From Octopus bimaculoides (taxonomy: Eukaryota), in assembly GCF_001194135.2 (NCBI RefSeq), contig NC_068985.1, positions 105,463,853-105,527,852 on the forward strand: a stretch of 64,000 bases of DNA, written 5' to 3'. Position numbers and translations under genes: made by a program. The notes beneath the pieces were generated by a model, which worked only from the letters and a program-made list of their open reading frames with translations, was not told the DNA's origin and did no database searches. Positions 62,480-64,000 of this stretch are shown piece by piece. How positions within the stretch are numbered: position 1 is the first letter of the stretch; each line of letters begins with the position of its first letter.

Positions 62480-63400
62480 TGCCAGAGTGTTTCGACAAGC
62501 AATATGCAATTCTATGACTATTATTTACATCGTGAATCACCCATTTTTGTGGAAATATATGTTGCCCAGTGATGTTTCCCTATCTTGTTTTGTCTTGTAT
62601 TGTTTGGTATAATTAATCCTTGCTGTGAATGCATTGTGGGTCGGCGGGAAAATGTCAAACTTGTATGGCTAATATAAGAGTTGGGATCATAAACTTTACA
62701 GCTTTTACGTTCGCAATCACATTCGTAAATCACATTGATCATTAATAATTTGTTCACAAGTTTATATGTTTGTGGTTTGTTGTGGATAAGAATTTTAATT
62801 TTAATGATTTTGTAGTAATATTATTAGCGTTAATTTATGACTTGCTGCAATGCATTTTCGAGTTCTGTTTGTGAGGTTTTACATATTGTGTTATTTTCTA
62901 CAGTTTGTATAGATTTTATTCATGCTATATGTGCGGCTTATACATTTTTTAAAAAATCACTGTGGTTTCTAATGATCTGTTGCAATGTATTTACATTGTT
63001 TTATCACTTAGTCTATAAATTTCTAACAATAACGGCATTGAATAGCGTTTGTTTCATTCAGTGGATGTCTCTATTTAGTGCTTCGTTTGTGTAGGCGAAT
63101 CTAAATGCTAGCAAGATCTTTCCTAATGCTGTTCATATTCTCTATACTTAGAAGCATTTGATTCATGCTTTATGTGTGGTTTAAGCATTTCTCTTAATCA
63201 ATGTGGTTTCTGGTGATCTGTTGCGGTGTATTTTTCTCCTGTATTGTTCTATAGCTTTGTCTATCTGTTTGTTAAAATACCCGACGTGTTTATTTTATTT
63301 AGTGGATTACTTTATCTAACGCTTTGTTTGTTGAGGTGAATCTAAATGCTCTTCTAAATAAGGATTGAGGATTTTACAAATGACATTTTATATCAGTGTG
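62480..63400 (-). mobile_element. Penelope-like element remnant with GIY-YIG endonuclease motif
   Basis: ORF 62521-62757 gives NVIYECDCERKSCK...SYISHTSLTFSRRPTMHSQQG, matching the PLE GIY-YIG pattern NVVY.F.C....C...YIG.T...LSRRL.MH. Thumb-like fragments lie upstream. Contains a diverged tandem duplication of about 246-bp period. Confidence 0.75.
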
Positions 63401-63518
63401 GTTATACACTGTCTCCATGCCAATATATACATTTATTTGTATTTGGGGTAAACAGACATTATATATATGCTACTTCCAATGAGAATAGTTATGTCATTTT
63501 AACATTAGGAACTGAATA

Positions 63519-64000
63519 AAGGCGACGAACTGGCAGAATCCTTAGCACGCCTGACAAAATACTTAGCACACCGGGCGAAATGCTTAGCGGTATTTCGTCT
63601 GCCACTGCGTTCTGAGTTCAAATTACGCCGAGCTCGACTTTGCCTTTCATCCTTTCGGGGTCGATAAATTAAGTACCAGTTACGCACTGGGGTCGATATA
63701 ATCGACTTAATCCGTTTGTCTGTCCTTGTTTGTCCCCTCTGTGTGTAGCCCCTTGTGGGCAGTAAAGAAATAGGTATTTCATCTGTCTTCATGTGCTGAG
63801 TTCAAATTCTGCTGGGGTCCACTTAGCTTTTCGGGAGTCGATAAAATAAGTACCAGTGGAGCACTGAGGTCGATGTAATCGACTAACCTCTCCTCCCAAA
63901 TTTCAGGCCTTGTGCCTATAATTAGAAAGACTGTTAGAATCTGATTAAAGACGGCGAACTGGCAGAAACGTTAGCACACCGGGCGAAATGCTTAGCGGTA
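63519..64000 (+). mobile_element. Nested SINE-B cluster: old B2 copy (63519-63562 + 63773-63930) interrupted by a young B1 copy (63563-63772), plus a third head from about 63949
   Basis: Doubled TTAGCAC...TTAGC head region. The B1 tail GTAAAGAAATA is joined to GGTATTTC, where the old body resumes. The third head GACGGCGAACTGGCAGAAACG runs to the window end. Confidence 0.85.

Noticed and set aside
1-64000. CRISPR arrays, rRNA, prokaryotic operons or defence systems
   Set aside because: No repeat-spacer arrays or dense ORFs; the sequence is clearly repeat-rich eukaryotic non-coding DNA.

Overview
AT-rich, microsatellite-saturated eukaryotic DNA with eight assembly N-gaps. The tRNA-derived SINE families and repeat landscape match my recollection of octopus (coleoid cephalopod) genomes; this is an inference, not a database result. 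I recognise no host protein-coding exon, so the window looks intronic or intergenic. Most long ORFs in the supplied track are artefacts of N-gaps or simple repeats. Supportable content: (i) at least five SINE-like families (labelled A-E here; A, B, C and E in several copies, two copies with clear target-site duplications), plus other short repeats; (ii) decayed transposase or RT remnants: hAT/Buster, Chapaev-like CMC, mariner, Tc1, an R4/Dong-clade LINE, a possible CRE-like LINE and several Penelope-like elements (PLEs); (iii) hAT-type MITEs; (iv) a tRNA-Lys(TTT) pseudogene; (v) many micro- and minisatellites. The most notable signal is family D, a short element that joins a Pol III tRNA-like head, an (AAT)n tract and a PLE-type minimal type I hammerhead ribozyme (intact at 38975-39020, minus strand). 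A second copy is rearranged, with an inverted tail and a swapped SINE 3' end. Two more hammerhead-like motifs lie elsewhere in the window. Boundaries of degenerate elements are approximate.
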